Below, one piece after another: positions 28,340-37,801 of a stretch of 64,000 bases of DNA (position 1 is its first letter; every line of letters starts with the position of its first letter). Source of the stretch: an uncultured Bacteroidales bacterium (lineage in GTDB: Bacteria > Bacteroidota > Bacteroidia > Bacteroidales > FEN-979); assembly GCA_903828645.1 (NCBI GenBank), contig CAIKNA010000127.1, positions 7,855 through 71,854 of the forward strand. The letters run 5' to 3'. The notes beneath the pieces were generated by a model. It had not been told where the DNA came from and searched no databases. It was given only the letters and a program-made list of their open reading frames with translations. Both the position numbers and the translations under genes were made by a program.

Positions 28340-30614
28340 ACGGTTCACCCTGTTCAATCCTGCCGATGATGGCGGCGGCAGGGTTGCCTGCCTGATGAAG
28401 TCGTGCAACCAGTTCGGTCGCCTGACTTTCCGGCAGTGAAATAAGCAATCCCCCCGAGGTTTGGGCATCCGCAAGAATAAATTTCATCAATCCCGGTGTG
28501 GATTCGCTCCATTTAACATAATCCTTCACATAATCCAGGTTGTTTTTAGTGCCTCCCGGAATGGTTCCGGCGGCGGCATATTCCCAGGCGGCATCGAGGA
28601 CCGGAACCATTTCTGCCTTGATTACTGCCCTCACCCCGGCACCGCAAACCATCTCTTTCAAATGTCCCAGCAGGCCAAAACCTGTCACATCGGTACATGC
28701 GTTCACCGGGTATTCAATCATGATCTCTGCCGGCACCCTGTTGAGTTCAGCCATGATCCGCATCACCCGGTCAACAGCAACATCATCGGCCAGGCCGCGC
28801 TTGATGGCAGTGGTTATGATGCCTGTTCCAAGCGGTTTGGTAAGCACCAGCGCATCCCCTGGTCTGGCAGTGGAGTTGCGAAGGATTTTTGCAGGGTGGA
28901 CAATGCCGGTCACCACGAGTCCGAATTTGGGTTCACTGTCTTCAATGCTGTGGCCTCCGATCACCTGGATCCCGGCTTCGGCAACCTTGTCGTTCGCCCC
29001 CCTGAGGATTTGCTGCAGCACCTCTACCGGCAACTTCCGGTCGGGGAAGCCCACGATGCTGAGTGCAAACAGGGGTTTCCCCCCCATGGCATAGACATCG
29101 CTCAGCGCATTGGCGGCTGAGATGGCCCCGTACATGTAAGGGTCATCCACCACCGGTGGGATGAAATCCACCGTTTGAACGATCGCCGTATCTTCATTGA
29201 TCAGGTACACAGCGGCATCGTCGGAGGTTTCATGGCCAACCAGGATGGCAGGATTGCTTTTACCGGGAATGCCCCGGAGAATCTTTTCAAGGAGTTGCGG
29301 CCTGATCTTGCAGGCACAGCCGAGGGCGTGCGTGAACTCAGTGAGGCGGATGGCGGCACCTGATTTTCGATTTTCGATTTTGGATTTTAGATTTTCGTTA
29401 TGCACTGGTCCTATCCCGGATTCTGTATCCGGGGTTTCAGAATTCCCGGTTGAAAAGTCGTTTTTTATTGTATGATAAGCATTTACAATGATCGGTATTG
29501 CCTTGTCAATCTCCTCAGCAGTGGTCATCCTGCCCAGTGAAAAACGGATGGTGCCCATGGCATATTCCATCGGCACGTGCATGGCATACAGAACCCCGGA
29601 AATATCTGCCTGGTCGGCATGGCAGGCGGCCCCTGCAGAGGCTGCGATGCCTTTCATCTCTTCGAGCAGCAGCGCAGCTTCAACCCCGGGAAAACCAAGA
29701 CTCAGGGTGTTCGGAAGCCTCAATTCGGGATGTCCGTTCAGGCGCACTTCAGGAATCCTGCTTCTGATGCCTTCGTGCAGGCGATCACGGAGATCCCTTA
29801 CGAAAAATGACGAATGACCAGTGACAAATGACAACCCGGCGGATATTGATTGTCGGGCGATTTCAGCAGCTTTTCCCAACCCAACGAGTTCCAATACATT
29901 CTCTGTTCCGGCACGAAGGTTTGATTCATGATCGGCACCATGGATCAATTTTTCAAGTTTGACGCCGCGGCGGATATACAAGGCACCAACACCTTTCGGG
30001 GCATATAATTTATGGCCGGCGACCGTGAGCAGATCGACCTGCAATTTCTCAACATCAACCTCGATTTTCCCGACCGACTGGGCCGCATCGGTGTGAAACA
30101 GGATCCCGTTTGCACGTGCAAATTTCCCGATCGCTTCAATGGGCTGAACCGTACCGGTCTCGTTGTTGGCATGCATCACGGTAATCAGGATGGTCTGGGG
30201 CGTTACCGCCTGTTCAACCTGCTGAATGCCGACCATTCCTGATTCATCCACAGGGAGGTAGGTGATGTTGAACCCGTTTTTTTCAAGATAGCGGCAAACC
30301 TCGGTCACTGCAGGGTGTTCAATGCCCGTGGTAAGGATGTGGTTTCCTTTTGACCTGTTGGCAAAAGCAGCCCCCTTGATGGCAAAATTGTCAGACTCCG
30401 TTCCTCCGCTTGTAAAAATGATCTCGTCGGGATGCGCATTCAAAAGGGAGGCAACCTTGCGGCGGGCCTTTTCCACTGCAAGTTTTGACTGAACCCCATA
30501 CGCATGCAAACTGGACGGATTCCCGAAATGGGACTCCAGGTAAGGACGGATGGCTTCAATCACCAGGGGATCCAGCGGTGTTGTCGCATTATAATCAAGG
30601 TAAATCGGGTCCAT
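28326..30614 (-). CDS. selD: Bifunctional NifS-like cysteine desulfurase/selenocysteine lyase fused to selenide,water dikinase (SelD)
   Basis: 762-aa ORF. The N-half has class-V aminotransferase motifs (YLDYNATTP, PLP-Lys in AGHKLYAPKGVGALY, active-site Cys in SAGAACHA). The C-half is SelD (IRLTEFTHALGCACKI, DDAAVY, GGHSIEDSEPKFG, TDVTGFGLLGH), with Cys rather than Sec at the catalytic position. Confidence 0.85.
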   Translation of the reverse strand: MDPIYLDYNATTPLDPLVIEAIRPYLESHFGNPSSLHAYGVQSKLAVEKARRKVASLLNAHPDEIIFTSGGTESDNFAIKGAAFANRSKGNHILTTGIEHPAVTEVCRYLEKNGFNITYLPVDESGMVGIQQVEQAVTPQTILITVMHANNETGTVQPIEAIGKFARANGILFHTDAAQSVGKIEVDVEKLQVDLLTVAGHKLYAPKGVGALYIRRGVKLEKLIHGADHESNLRAGTENVLELVGLGKAAEIARQSISAGLSFVTGHSSFFVRDLRDRLHEGIRSRIPEVRLNGHPELRLPNTLSLGFPGVEAALLLEEMKGIAASAGAACHADQADISGVLYAMHVPMEYAMGTIRFSLGRMTTAEEIDKAIPIIVNAYHTIKNDFSTGNSETPDTESGIGPVHNENLKSKIENRKSGAAIRLTEFTHALGCACKIRPQLLEKILRGIPGKSNPAILVGHETSDDAAVYLINEDTAIVQTVDFIPPVVDDPYMYGAISAANALSDVYAMGGKPLFALSIVGFPDRKLPVEVLQQILRGANDKVAEAGIQVIGGHSIEDSEPKFGLVVTGIVHPAKILRNSTARPGDALVLTKPLGTGIITTAIKRGLADDVAVDRVMRIMAELNRVPAEIMIEYPVNACTDVTGFGLLGHLKEMVCGAGVRAVIKAEMVPVLDAAWEYAAAGTIPGGTKNNLDYVKDYVKWSESTPGLMKFILADAQTSGGLLISLPESQATELVARLHQAGNPAAAIIGRIEQGEPFIVV
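29362..29396. repeat. Five tandem heptads GATTTTN inside the NifS-SelD linker coding sequence
   Basis: The plus strand reads GATTTTC GATTTTC GATTTTG GATTTTA GATTTTC. The minus strand translates it as NENLKSKIENRKS, immediately before the SelD N-terminus. Confidence 0.9.
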
Positions 30615-30615
30615 T

Positions 30616-31668
30616 TCATGAACAATTTAGTGCAAATTCAAGGATGCGTGCTGCATCCGTTTTTAAATTCTCCCCCGAAACCGGGATATCATAGATTTTT
30701 TTGTTTTTTCTGCGCGACATTGAGAAGAGGTAGGCCTTATCGTAGTAGGATAAGACGATGGCCGCCACCTCATCAAATCTTTTGTTTTCAAGAGCCTCCA
30801 TCGCTTCCCTGGTTCTTGTTCCTCCAAGGCGTTCACCAATCCGTTTGATTGCCTCTGACAGGAGTTGCATGTCAAAACCGGCATACTCCCCCACCAGCCG
30901 CCGGATACGGATCCTGAAATCAAGTTCAATCCTGATCAGCGTGCCGCCACTGAGATGTTCCACCACCGGGTCGGGCAGGGTGACCCGGCCTATCATCCTG
31001 CTTTCATCTTCCATCCATACAACACGCGAAAAGTCAAGCTCCGACCACCTGGCATATAAATTATTTTCAAATTGTTCATTTGTAGGCTGAGCGGGTTGGC
31101 CCAAAGCCCCGAAAACAGAACCTTTATGACAGGCCAGTCCCTCCAGGTCGACAACCTGTTCGCCCTTCAAAGCTATTTCATGCAACAAGGCTGTTTTTCC
31201 ACTCCCGGTGTAGCCTCCGAGTACCATCATCTTCACCGGCCTGGCCAGCCCTTCGCGGATTGTCCTCCGGTATGCCTTATAGCCCCCTGTTAACAAACCG
31301 ACCTCGTATCCTGCATTGCTGAATACCTCAGCCATTTTCTCACTGCGCAAACCACCCCGCCAGCAGTGCAGCAGAATCTTACAGGGCGGGGACACCTTGC
31401 GTAGAGATTCAAGGTACCCTCCGGTTTTTGGCACGGCAATTTCAATCCCTTTCCTGATGGCATCTTCCCGACCCGACTGAACATAGAGCGTTCCCACTAC
31501 GGCACGTTCAGCATCGTCAAACAGCGGAATGCTGAAGGCGCCGGGAATGTGGCCCTGGGCAAACTCTCCGGGCGACCGGACATCAACAACCGGAAGCAGG
31601 CTGGCCTGTTTCAGAAAAAGGGTGGGCTCAATCGGCAGGATCATCGTCAGATTTGAAGTATTTGTCAA
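30616..31668 (-). CDS. selU: tRNA 2-selenouridine synthase
   Basis: 350-aa ORF with an N-terminal rhodanese domain (active-site LLHCWRGGLRS) and a P-loop (LGGYTGSGKT). It ends 1 bp upstream of the selD fusion start. Confidence 0.85.
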   Translation of the reverse strand: MTNTSNLTMILPIEPTLFLKQASLLPVVDVRSPGEFAQGHIPGAFSIPLFDDAERAVVGTLYVQSGREDAIRKGIEIAVPKTGGYLESLRKVSPPCKILLHCWRGGLRSEKMAEVFSNAGYEVGLLTGGYKAYRRTIREGLARPVKMMVLGGYTGSGKTALLHEIALKGEQVVDLEGLACHKGSVFGALGQPAQPTNEQFENNLYARWSELDFSRVVWMEDESRMIGRVTLPDPVVEHLSGGTLIRIELDFRIRIRRLVGEYAGFDMQLLSEAIKRIGERLGGTRTREAMEALENKRFDEVAAIVLSYYDKAYLFSMSRRKNKKIYDIPVSGENLKTDAARILEFALNCS

Positions 31669-31693
31669 AATTAGGCTGGTTTTCCCAGCTAAA

Positions 31694-31701
31694 CAAAGTT
31701 A
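31694..31701 (-). promoter_or_regulatory. -7 box TAACTTTG for the selU-selD operon
   Basis: It matches TAnnTTTG on the minus strand, 26 nt upstream of the ATG at 31668. Confidence 0.45.
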
Positions 31702-31736
31702 TTTTGTTACTTTTATCCTTCAAATCTTCTCCTGAA

Positions 31737-33716
31737 ATGCCGGTACGTAAGTGGATAGGACCGATGGTGCTTGTCTCGGTCTTTATTTTTGTCCTCTCCC
31801 TCAGGCAACTTTCCGACCCCGACCTTGGTTTTCACCTGAAATACGGAAGATGGATCGTAGCCAACCATTGTGTCCCTGCAACCGACCAGAGTACCTATAC
31901 CGTATCGCAACACCCTTACATCGATCTGCAATGGCTCTTCCAGGTGATGCTTTACGGTATGTTCACCTTAACCGGATACGCAGGCATCAGCCTTTTCGTC
32001 TGTTTACTGAGTCTGCTGCTCTCCTTACTGCTTTTGTTGCGGCAACGGTCGTCGGGGATCCCGCCATCCATCATCATTACCGCGATGTTTGCCACATTCC
32101 TGATGATCGAGCCCCGGATCGCCCCTCGACCGGAAATGGTTACTTTTCTTTTTCTGACCGGGATCCTCTTCATTCTCGACCGATACTTTGAAACCCGGAA
32201 GAACCTGCTCTGCCTGCTGCCGGTCATCATGCTCCTGTGGTGCAACATGCATGCACTCTTCATCCTGGGAGTGATCGTCATGGGTGTTTATTTTATCAGC
32301 ATCCTTTACCGCGACAGGAAACCCGACAAGCCGCTGCTGGCCTGGATGATCGTTTCGTGCCTTGTTTGTTTTATCAATCCATACGGAATAAAGGGTTTCG
32401 TTTTCCCGGTGGAACTTCTTACCCGGTTCGACCCAAACAACATCTTCAACCAGCATATCCAGGAGTTTATGCCGTTTTTTGCCCAACCACATTTTGTTAT
32501 GCGCGATTACCTCTTCATGGCCCTGCTTGGAGTCTCCCTTCCGGGGATGTTTCTCTCTTTCAAACGGCGGAGACTCCATGAGATCATGCTCCTGATCCTG
32601 TTCGGTTTCCTTGCCGTCGGCTCAATACGCAACATTCCTCTCTTTGTTTTAGTTGCCATCCCAATGATAGGTGACAATGCCGTTCTGCTGACCGGGAAGA
32701 CCAGGATGGCGCGGAAAGGGCCGGGGCTTGCCCTGTTTGCCCTGATGATCATCCTTCCCCTGGCATTTATTCCGCGGTTGCTCACCAATGCCTTTTACAC
32801 CGAAAACAACTCTTTTAACAGGACCGGGATGGGAATCAACCGCCAACATCGACCCGTGCAGGCTGCCACTTTTTTACTTGACCACCATTTGAATGGCCGG
32901 ATCCTCAACAGCATCGGCTTTGGCGGATGGTTATCCTGGGTACTTCCGCAACCGGTTTTCATGGATGGCAGGCTGGAGGTGATGCAGGAGTCGATTTACC
33001 GAAAGGTGACGCAAAGCTGGAACGGGGGCCTGGCCGGTCTTATCGGGGAGTACCAGCCTCAGCTGATTGTATACAACTATGCGAACTACTATCCATGGAC
33101 CAGGCAGTTAAAGGAGATGAACGACTGGCGGCTGATCTATGCCGATGGAACTGCTGCGATTTTTGCATCATCCGGGTATGCCAGGGAGATTCCTGAATTG
33201 GATTTGTCAACACTGCCTGCAATTGATATCCGGGGAGTGAAGAGAACCTTTCATGACTGGCTTCAGGGATTCTACCGGCCAACCGATGATGAGGCGGATG
33301 TAAGGAATCACCTGGCACTCTTCAGGAGCCAGATGACTTTACCGGGCCAGGGTAATGGGAACACTGCGAAGGCTGCTGGTTTCTTCAATTCTGCAAACCT
33401 GAAGTATCATAACGGCGACATCCGCGGTGCAATGGCAGATTATGACACAGCCATCATGCTACAGCCCGGCTATGCGAAAGCGTTTAACAACAGGGGCATC
33501 CTCCGCGCCTCGTCTTTAAAGGACTATACCGGCGCCATAGCCGACTTTACCAGGGCTGCCGCCATCAACCCGGGATACGGCGATGCCTACCTTGGCCGGG
33601 GAACGGTATATTTTTTCATGAAGGATCTTCCGGCGGCCCGCAGCGACTGGGAAAAGGCCAGGGCACTTGGAAATGCACAGGCAGCCAGGTTACTCGGGCT
33701 ACATGCCACTCGTTAA
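31737..33716 (+). CDS. Polytopic membrane protein with C-terminal TPR repeats (function unknown, GT-C-like layout)
   Basis: It has about 10 hydrophobic segments followed by three or more TPR units (GDIRGAMADYDTAIMLQPGYAKAFNNRG..., AIADFTRAAAINPGYGDAYLGRG...). The start is set at MPVRKW (31737) to avoid overlap with selU. Confidence 0.55.
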   Translation: MPVRKWIGPMVLVSVFIFVLSLRQLSDPDLGFHLKYGRWIVANHCVPATDQSTYTVSQHPYIDLQWLFQVMLYGMFTLTGYAGISLFVCLLSLLLSLLLLLRQRSSGIPPSIIITAMFATFLMIEPRIAPRPEMVTFLFLTGILFILDRYFETRKNLLCLLPVIMLLWCNMHALFILGVIVMGVYFISILYRDRKPDKPLLAWMIVSCLVCFINPYGIKGFVFPVELLTRFDPNNIFNQHIQEFMPFFAQPHFVMRDYLFMALLGVSLPGMFLSFKRRRLHEIMLLILFGFLAVGSIRNIPLFVLVAIPMIGDNAVLLTGKTRMARKGPGLALFALMIILPLAFIPRLLTNAFYTENNSFNRTGMGINRQHRPVQAATFLLDHHLNGRILNSIGFGGWLSWVLPQPVFMDGRLEVMQESIYRKVTQSWNGGLAGLIGEYQPQLIVYNYANYYPWTRQLKEMNDWRLIYADGTAAIFASSGYAREIPELDLSTLPAIDIRGVKRTFHDWLQGFYRPTDDEADVRNHLALFRSQMTLPGQGNGNTAKAAGFFNSANLKYHNGDIRGAMADYDTAIMLQPGYAKAFNNRGILRASSLKDYTGAIADFTRAAAINPGYGDAYLGRGTVYFFMKDLPAARSDWEKARALGNAQAARLLGLHATR

Positions 33717-33723
33717 TAATTCA

Positions 33724-33731
33724 TACCTTTG
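33724..33731 (+). promoter_or_regulatory. -7 box TACCTTTG for purF
   Basis: TAnnTTTG lies 22 nt upstream of the ATG at 33753. Confidence 0.5.
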
Positions 33732-33752
33732 CCGCTTAATTAAACGCAACCA

Positions 33753-35654
33753 ATGAGCGATTCCATCCACCACGAATGCGGCATCGCCATGATCCGCCTC
33801 CTTAAACCGCTCGAATTCTACCTGGCCAGGTATGGAACAGCTTTTTACGGCCTGAACAAGCTGCACCTGCTCATGCAAAAACAGCATAACCGCGGACAGG
33901 ACGGGGCGGGTATTGCCAGCATTAAATTTGACCTGGATCCCGGGAATAAATTCATCAACCGCATCCGGTCAGTCGCCAATGCCCCTATCCAGGATATTTT
34001 CAACAAAGTGACCGTCAACCTGAAAGAGATAGAAGAGCGCCATCCTCACCGGCTCAACGACGTTCAATGGCTGAAACACAAGGTTGACATGCTTGGGGAA
34101 CTCTACCTCGGCCACCTTCGCTATGGCACTTACGGAAAAAACAGCATTCTCAACATCCATCCGTTTGTCAGGGAAAACAACTGGATGACCAAAAACCTCG
34201 TCCTTGCAGGAAATTTCAACCTCACCAACGTGGATGAACTGTTTGAGAAACTGATCGACCTCGGGCAATATCCTGTTGAAACCAGCGATACCATCACCAT
34301 CCTTGAAAAGATGGGCCATTTCCTCGACGAGGAAAACGAAGAGCTATACCAGAAATTCAAATCCAGGGGTTTTCCAAAACGGGAAATCACTTTCCAGATC
34401 GCCAAACACCTCAACGTCCAGAAAATCCTTCGCGCGGCTGCAAAAACATGGGATGGCGGCTATGTCATCGCCGGCATGTTCGGCCACGGCGATGCTTTCG
34501 TCATGCGTGATCCTTCAGGCATAAGACCTGCCTATTATTATCATGATGAGGAGATCGTGGTCGTGACTTCAGAACGGCCTGCCATTCAGACTGCATTCAA
34601 CATAGCCTTCAGTGCCATCCGGGAGATTCAGCCGGGACACGCCCTGATCATTAAAAAGGATGGCAAAGTTGCCGAGAAAGAATTCAGCAAACCCCTTGAA
34701 AAGAAACCATGTTCTTTCGAACGGATCTATTTCTCCAGGGGTACCGATCAGGAAATTTACCGTGAACGGAAAAAACTGGGAAAACTCCTTACCCCGGCCA
34801 TTCTGAAAGCAATTGACCATGACGTCGAACACACTGTATTTTCCTATATCCCGAACACGGCCATCGACGCCTATTACGGCTTGATTGAAGAGATGGAGGT
34901 ATTCTGTGACAAAATCAAGATCGACCGGATCCTGGATGCAGGGAGCTCCATCAGCCCGGAAAAGCTGAAAACGATCTTTCAATTGAAACCAAGGGCAGAA
35001 AAAGTGGCGGTGAAGGATATGAAGCTGCGCACCTTCATCACCAGGGATTCTCAGCGTGATGACCTGGCCGCGCATGTGTACGATGTAACCTATGGCAGCA
35101 TACAGTCCGGAGTAGATAATCTTGTCGTTCTCGACGATTCCATCGTTCGCGGAACCACCCTGAAGCAAAGCATCCTGCGCATCCTCGACCGGCTGGGACC
35201 ACGTAAAATAATCATCGTTTCCTCTGCGCCCCAGATCCGTTACCCCGACTGCTACGGCATCGATATGGCCAAAATCACAGATTTTATTGCATTCAAGGCC
35301 GCCATCGAATTGCTGAAAGAGACGCACCAAGAGCACATCATCAACGAAGTTTTTGTGAAGTCAAAAGCACAGGAGAAGCTGCCAAAGGAAACGATCGTCA
35401 ACCATGTTAAGGAGATTTATAACCCATTCAGCGCCGAACGAATTTCGGAGAAAATCTCAGAACTGCTCACCCCTCCCTCCTGCAAAGCAAGTGTCAGGAT
35501 TATCTATCAGACCATTGCCGACCTGCATGATGCCATTCCAAACCATAAAGGCGATTGGTATTTCACAGGAAACTATCCGACCCCCGGCGGAAATAAAGTG
35601 GTGAACAAGGCCTTTATCAATTATATTGAGGGCAGGGATGTGAGGGCGTACTGA
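33753..35654 (+). CDS. purF: Amidophosphoribosyltransferase (long Bacteroidetes-type class-II glutamine amidotransferase)
   Basis: 633-aa ORF with an Ntn nucleophile context (HHECGIAMIRL), a QHNRGQDGAGI motif, and the PRTase motif VVLDDSIVRGTT. Confidence 0.85.
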   Translation: MSDSIHHECGIAMIRLLKPLEFYLARYGTAFYGLNKLHLLMQKQHNRGQDGAGIASIKFDLDPGNKFINRIRSVANAPIQDIFNKVTVNLKEIEERHPHRLNDVQWLKHKVDMLGELYLGHLRYGTYGKNSILNIHPFVRENNWMTKNLVLAGNFNLTNVDELFEKLIDLGQYPVETSDTITILEKMGHFLDEENEELYQKFKSRGFPKREITFQIAKHLNVQKILRAAAKTWDGGYVIAGMFGHGDAFVMRDPSGIRPAYYYHDEEIVVVTSERPAIQTAFNIAFSAIREIQPGHALIIKKDGKVAEKEFSKPLEKKPCSFERIYFSRGTDQEIYRERKKLGKLLTPAILKAIDHDVEHTVFSYIPNTAIDAYYGLIEEMEVFCDKIKIDRILDAGSSISPEKLKTIFQLKPRAEKVAVKDMKLRTFITRDSQRDDLAAHVYDVTYGSIQSGVDNLVVLDDSIVRGTTLKQSILRILDRLGPRKIIIVSSAPQIRYPDCYGIDMAKITDFIAFKAAIELLKETHQEHIINEVFVKSKAQEKLPKETIVNHVKEIYNPFSAERISEKISELLTPPSCKASVRIIYQTIADLHDAIPNHKGDWYFTGNYPTPGGNKVVNKAFINYIEGRDVRAY

Positions 35655-35696
35655 CGATTTACGATTTACGATTTACGATTGATGATTGACGATTTG
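35655..35696. repeat. Six tandem heptads (CGATTTA x3, CGATTGA, TGATTGA, CGATTTG) filling the purF/HIT convergent spacer
   Basis: The array starts on the base after the purF TGA (35652-35654) and ends 2 nt before the HIT stop codon (35699-35701). Confidence 0.9.
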
Positions 35697-35698
35697 AA

Positions 35699-36094
35699 CT
35701 ATGCCAGGTTCGAAGAGATTTTTTCTGCGAGGAGGCGAAATTCTTCGGGGGTAAAGGAGAGTTTCGGTTTGCGAAAATCCATGTCGTACAGGGTTTTCAA
35801 GGGGATCAGGTGAATGTGTGCATGGGGCACCTCCAGTCCGATAACAGTTATACCGATCCGCTTACAGGGAACCACCTTTTCGATGGCCCGGCCAATTGAT
35901 TTGGCGAAGTTCCACAAACCGGCATGGAGTTCATCTTCCATGTCGAATATGTAGTTGACTTCCCGTTTGGGTATCACCAGCGTATGACCTTCCTGGAGCG
36001 GGTTGATATCAAGAAATGCCAGGTAGTTCTCATCTTCGGCAACTTTGTAACAGGGGATTTCTCCGGATACAATGCGTGTGAATATGGATGCCAT
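35699..36094 (-). CDS. HIT-family (histidine triad) nucleotide hydrolase
   Basis: 131-aa ORF with the IFTRIVSGEIPCYKV N-terminus and the histidine triad HAHIHLIP. Confidence 0.85.
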   Translation of the reverse strand: MASIFTRIVSGEIPCYKVAEDENYLAFLDINPLQEGHTLVIPKREVNYIFDMEDELHAGLWNFAKSIGRAIEKVVPCKRIGITVIGLEVPHAHIHLIPLKTLYDMDFRKPKLSFTPEEFRLLAEKISSNLA

Positions 36095-36096
36095 AT

Positions 36097-36579
36097 TTAG
36101 CCTTTTAAGCGTGTTATCTCTACTATTTCAAAAGTGATCTTTCCTGCAGGGACGGTAATTTCGACCGTGTCGCCAATCTTTTTTCCCAGTAATCCCTTCG
36201 CTATCGGAGAGCTGACAGAGAGTTTCCCGATTTTTATGCTGGCCTCATTTTCCGGGACAAGCGTATAAACCACACTGGCTCCATTCTGGGAATTCAGGAG
36301 CTTTACCGTGGAAAATATCAACACCTTTGTATTGTCCAGCTTCCGCTCGTCAATAAGCCTGGCATTGTTGAGCACCTCCTGCAACTTGGATATTTTCAAT
36401 TCAAGCATTGACTGGGCCTCCTTGGCGGCGGCATATTCGGCATTCTCCGATAAATCACCCTTATCCCTGGCTTCTGCAATTTGCCTCGAAATCGAAGGCC
36501 GTTCAACAGTTGTCAAATGGTGCAGATCTTCCCTGAGTTTGTCCAAACCTTCAGGTGTATAATATTTGATATCCGACAT
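36097..36579 (-). CDS. greA: Transcription elongation factor GreA
   Basis: 160-aa ORF with an N-terminal coiled coil carrying GDLSENAEYAAAKE and a C-terminal FKBP-like domain (ISVSSPIAKGLLGKKIGD). Confidence 0.9.
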   Translation of the reverse strand: MSDIKYYTPEGLDKLREDLHHLTTVERPSISRQIAEARDKGDLSENAEYAAAKEAQSMLELKISKLQEVLNNARLIDERKLDNTKVLIFSTVKLLNSQNGASVVYTLVPENEASIKIGKLSVSSPIAKGLLGKKIGDTVEITVPAGKITFEIVEITRLKG

Positions 36580-36611
36580 GTCAACGAGTGTATTAAATGT
36601 TATAATAAGCC

Positions 36612-36637
36612 AAAAGACCCTGAGGAAGGGTCCTTTT
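36612..36637 (-). terminator. Intrinsic terminator after the PorV-like gene (bidirectional shape)
   Basis: The stem GACCCT (36616-36621) pairs with AGGGTC (36627-36632) around a 5-nt loop. It is flanked by AAAA on the left and CTTTT on the right, so each strand sees a stem plus a U-run. Confidence 0.6.
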
Positions 36638-36680
36638 GCTTAAGAAGAAACGAAGTTAATGAATAATTTATTCCGTACTG

Positions 36681-37754
36681 TTAAAAGTTAAGTTTAATGC
36701 CAACACTATGGGTTCCCTGGAATGGATTGGTTGCCCTGAAGGAATAATCGATCGCCAAACCTGACTGCTTTTCCTTATTAAACGGGACAGACACGGTGAA
36801 ACCAGCACTGGGACCGGTGAAAACTGTTCCGCGCGAAGAAACGTCACTGTTGAAAATACCTGTCTGGTAGGTATAACCGGCTCTTAATTGCAAATAATAT
36901 TTCAGGGCGTATTCAACGCCGAGAATAAACTGATCTTTTGTAAATGAATTTGAGTTAAAATTACCGGCAACGGTAATCCTGTGCAGGTCGCCGATAAAGA
37001 AATCATACGAACCACCGATCCGCAACGTGGCGGGAAGTTCATAGGTGGCCGAACGCTGTTCAACGGTAAACTCGTCATTGTTGTTATCATGTCCCGGAAT
37101 AATTCCACGGAAAGACAAACCATCTCCGCTGAAATGCATGGGGGCTCCGACGTTTTTAAGAGCGATGCCAAATTTAATCTGCTCTTTCTCTCCCGTCACA
37201 TATTGAATACCGGCGTCAATGGCGAGGGCTGTTGCAGTTGCATTTGAAATTGATTCGGTGATCAGTTTCACGGCAAGGCCTCCATAGATGCTGTTTGAAA
37301 ACGCCTTTGCATAACCCAGGTTGATATTCATGTAACTCGGCTTGAAGGTTCCGGCTCCCTCCGGTAAAGAGGTAGTTGTGACCTGGATTTCGCCGAATGT
37401 CATGGACATGACCGCTGCCGTAAGAACACCGCCGTTTTGACCAAGTTTCTGACTGAGGCCGAAAGCCATCAGGTTCACATCAGAACCCTTCAGCCAGTTC
37501 GTATAGGAAAAAATGATATCGGTTCCCTTGGTAAATCCCGTTCCGGCGATATTTGTAAACAGGGCTTCAAGACCTTGTGTGCAGGAGGTACCTACCCCGC
37601 CCCAGCCCGAACTTCTGGCCCAGGGGTTGATCAGCAATTCCGCGGCACCGGCCTGACCGGAACGGTCCTTGTTCCCAGCTGTCACTTTATCCATGGGCAG
37701 AAAGACCATCCCCATCAAGAATATTGCAACTAAGCAGCTATAAATATTTTTCAT
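36681..37754 (-). CDS. PorV-like (PorV/PorQ-type) T9SS-associated outer membrane beta-barrel protein
   Basis: It has a signal peptide, then AGAAELLINPWARSSGWGGVGTS, which resembles the PorV signature (LLISPDARSGGMGD.GVATS as I recall it). It has a beta-strand pattern and a terminal Phe (GIKLNF). The start is set at MKNIYS (37754). Confidence 0.6.
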   Translation of the reverse strand: MKNIYSCLVAIFLMGMVFLPMDKVTAGNKDRSGQAGAAELLINPWARSSGWGGVGTSCTQGLEALFTNIAGTGFTKGTDIIFSYTNWLKGSDVNLMAFGLSQKLGQNGGVLTAAVMSMTFGEIQVTTTSLPEGAGTFKPSYMNINLGYAKAFSNSIYGGLAVKLITESISNATATALAIDAGIQYVTGEKEQIKFGIALKNVGAPMHFSGDGLSFRGIIPGHDNNNDEFTVEQRSATYELPATLRIGGSYDFFIGDLHRITVAGNFNSNSFTKDQFILGVEYALKYYLQLRAGYTYQTGIFNSDVSSRGTVFTGPSAGFTVSVPFNKEKQSGLAIDYSFRATNPFQGTHSVGIKLNF

Positions 37755-37801
37755 AATCCTGGAATTTATTGTTGTTGTCATATTATAAATCGTAAATACC
37801 A

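Noticed and set aside
28326-30614. Search for selenocysteine (in-frame TGA) in SelD or neighbouring genes, prompted by the presence of the selD/selU locus.
   Set aside because: SelD has Cys in GCACK, and the ORF is uninterrupted. No pair of adjacent same-frame ORFs separated by a single TGA was noticed in the window.
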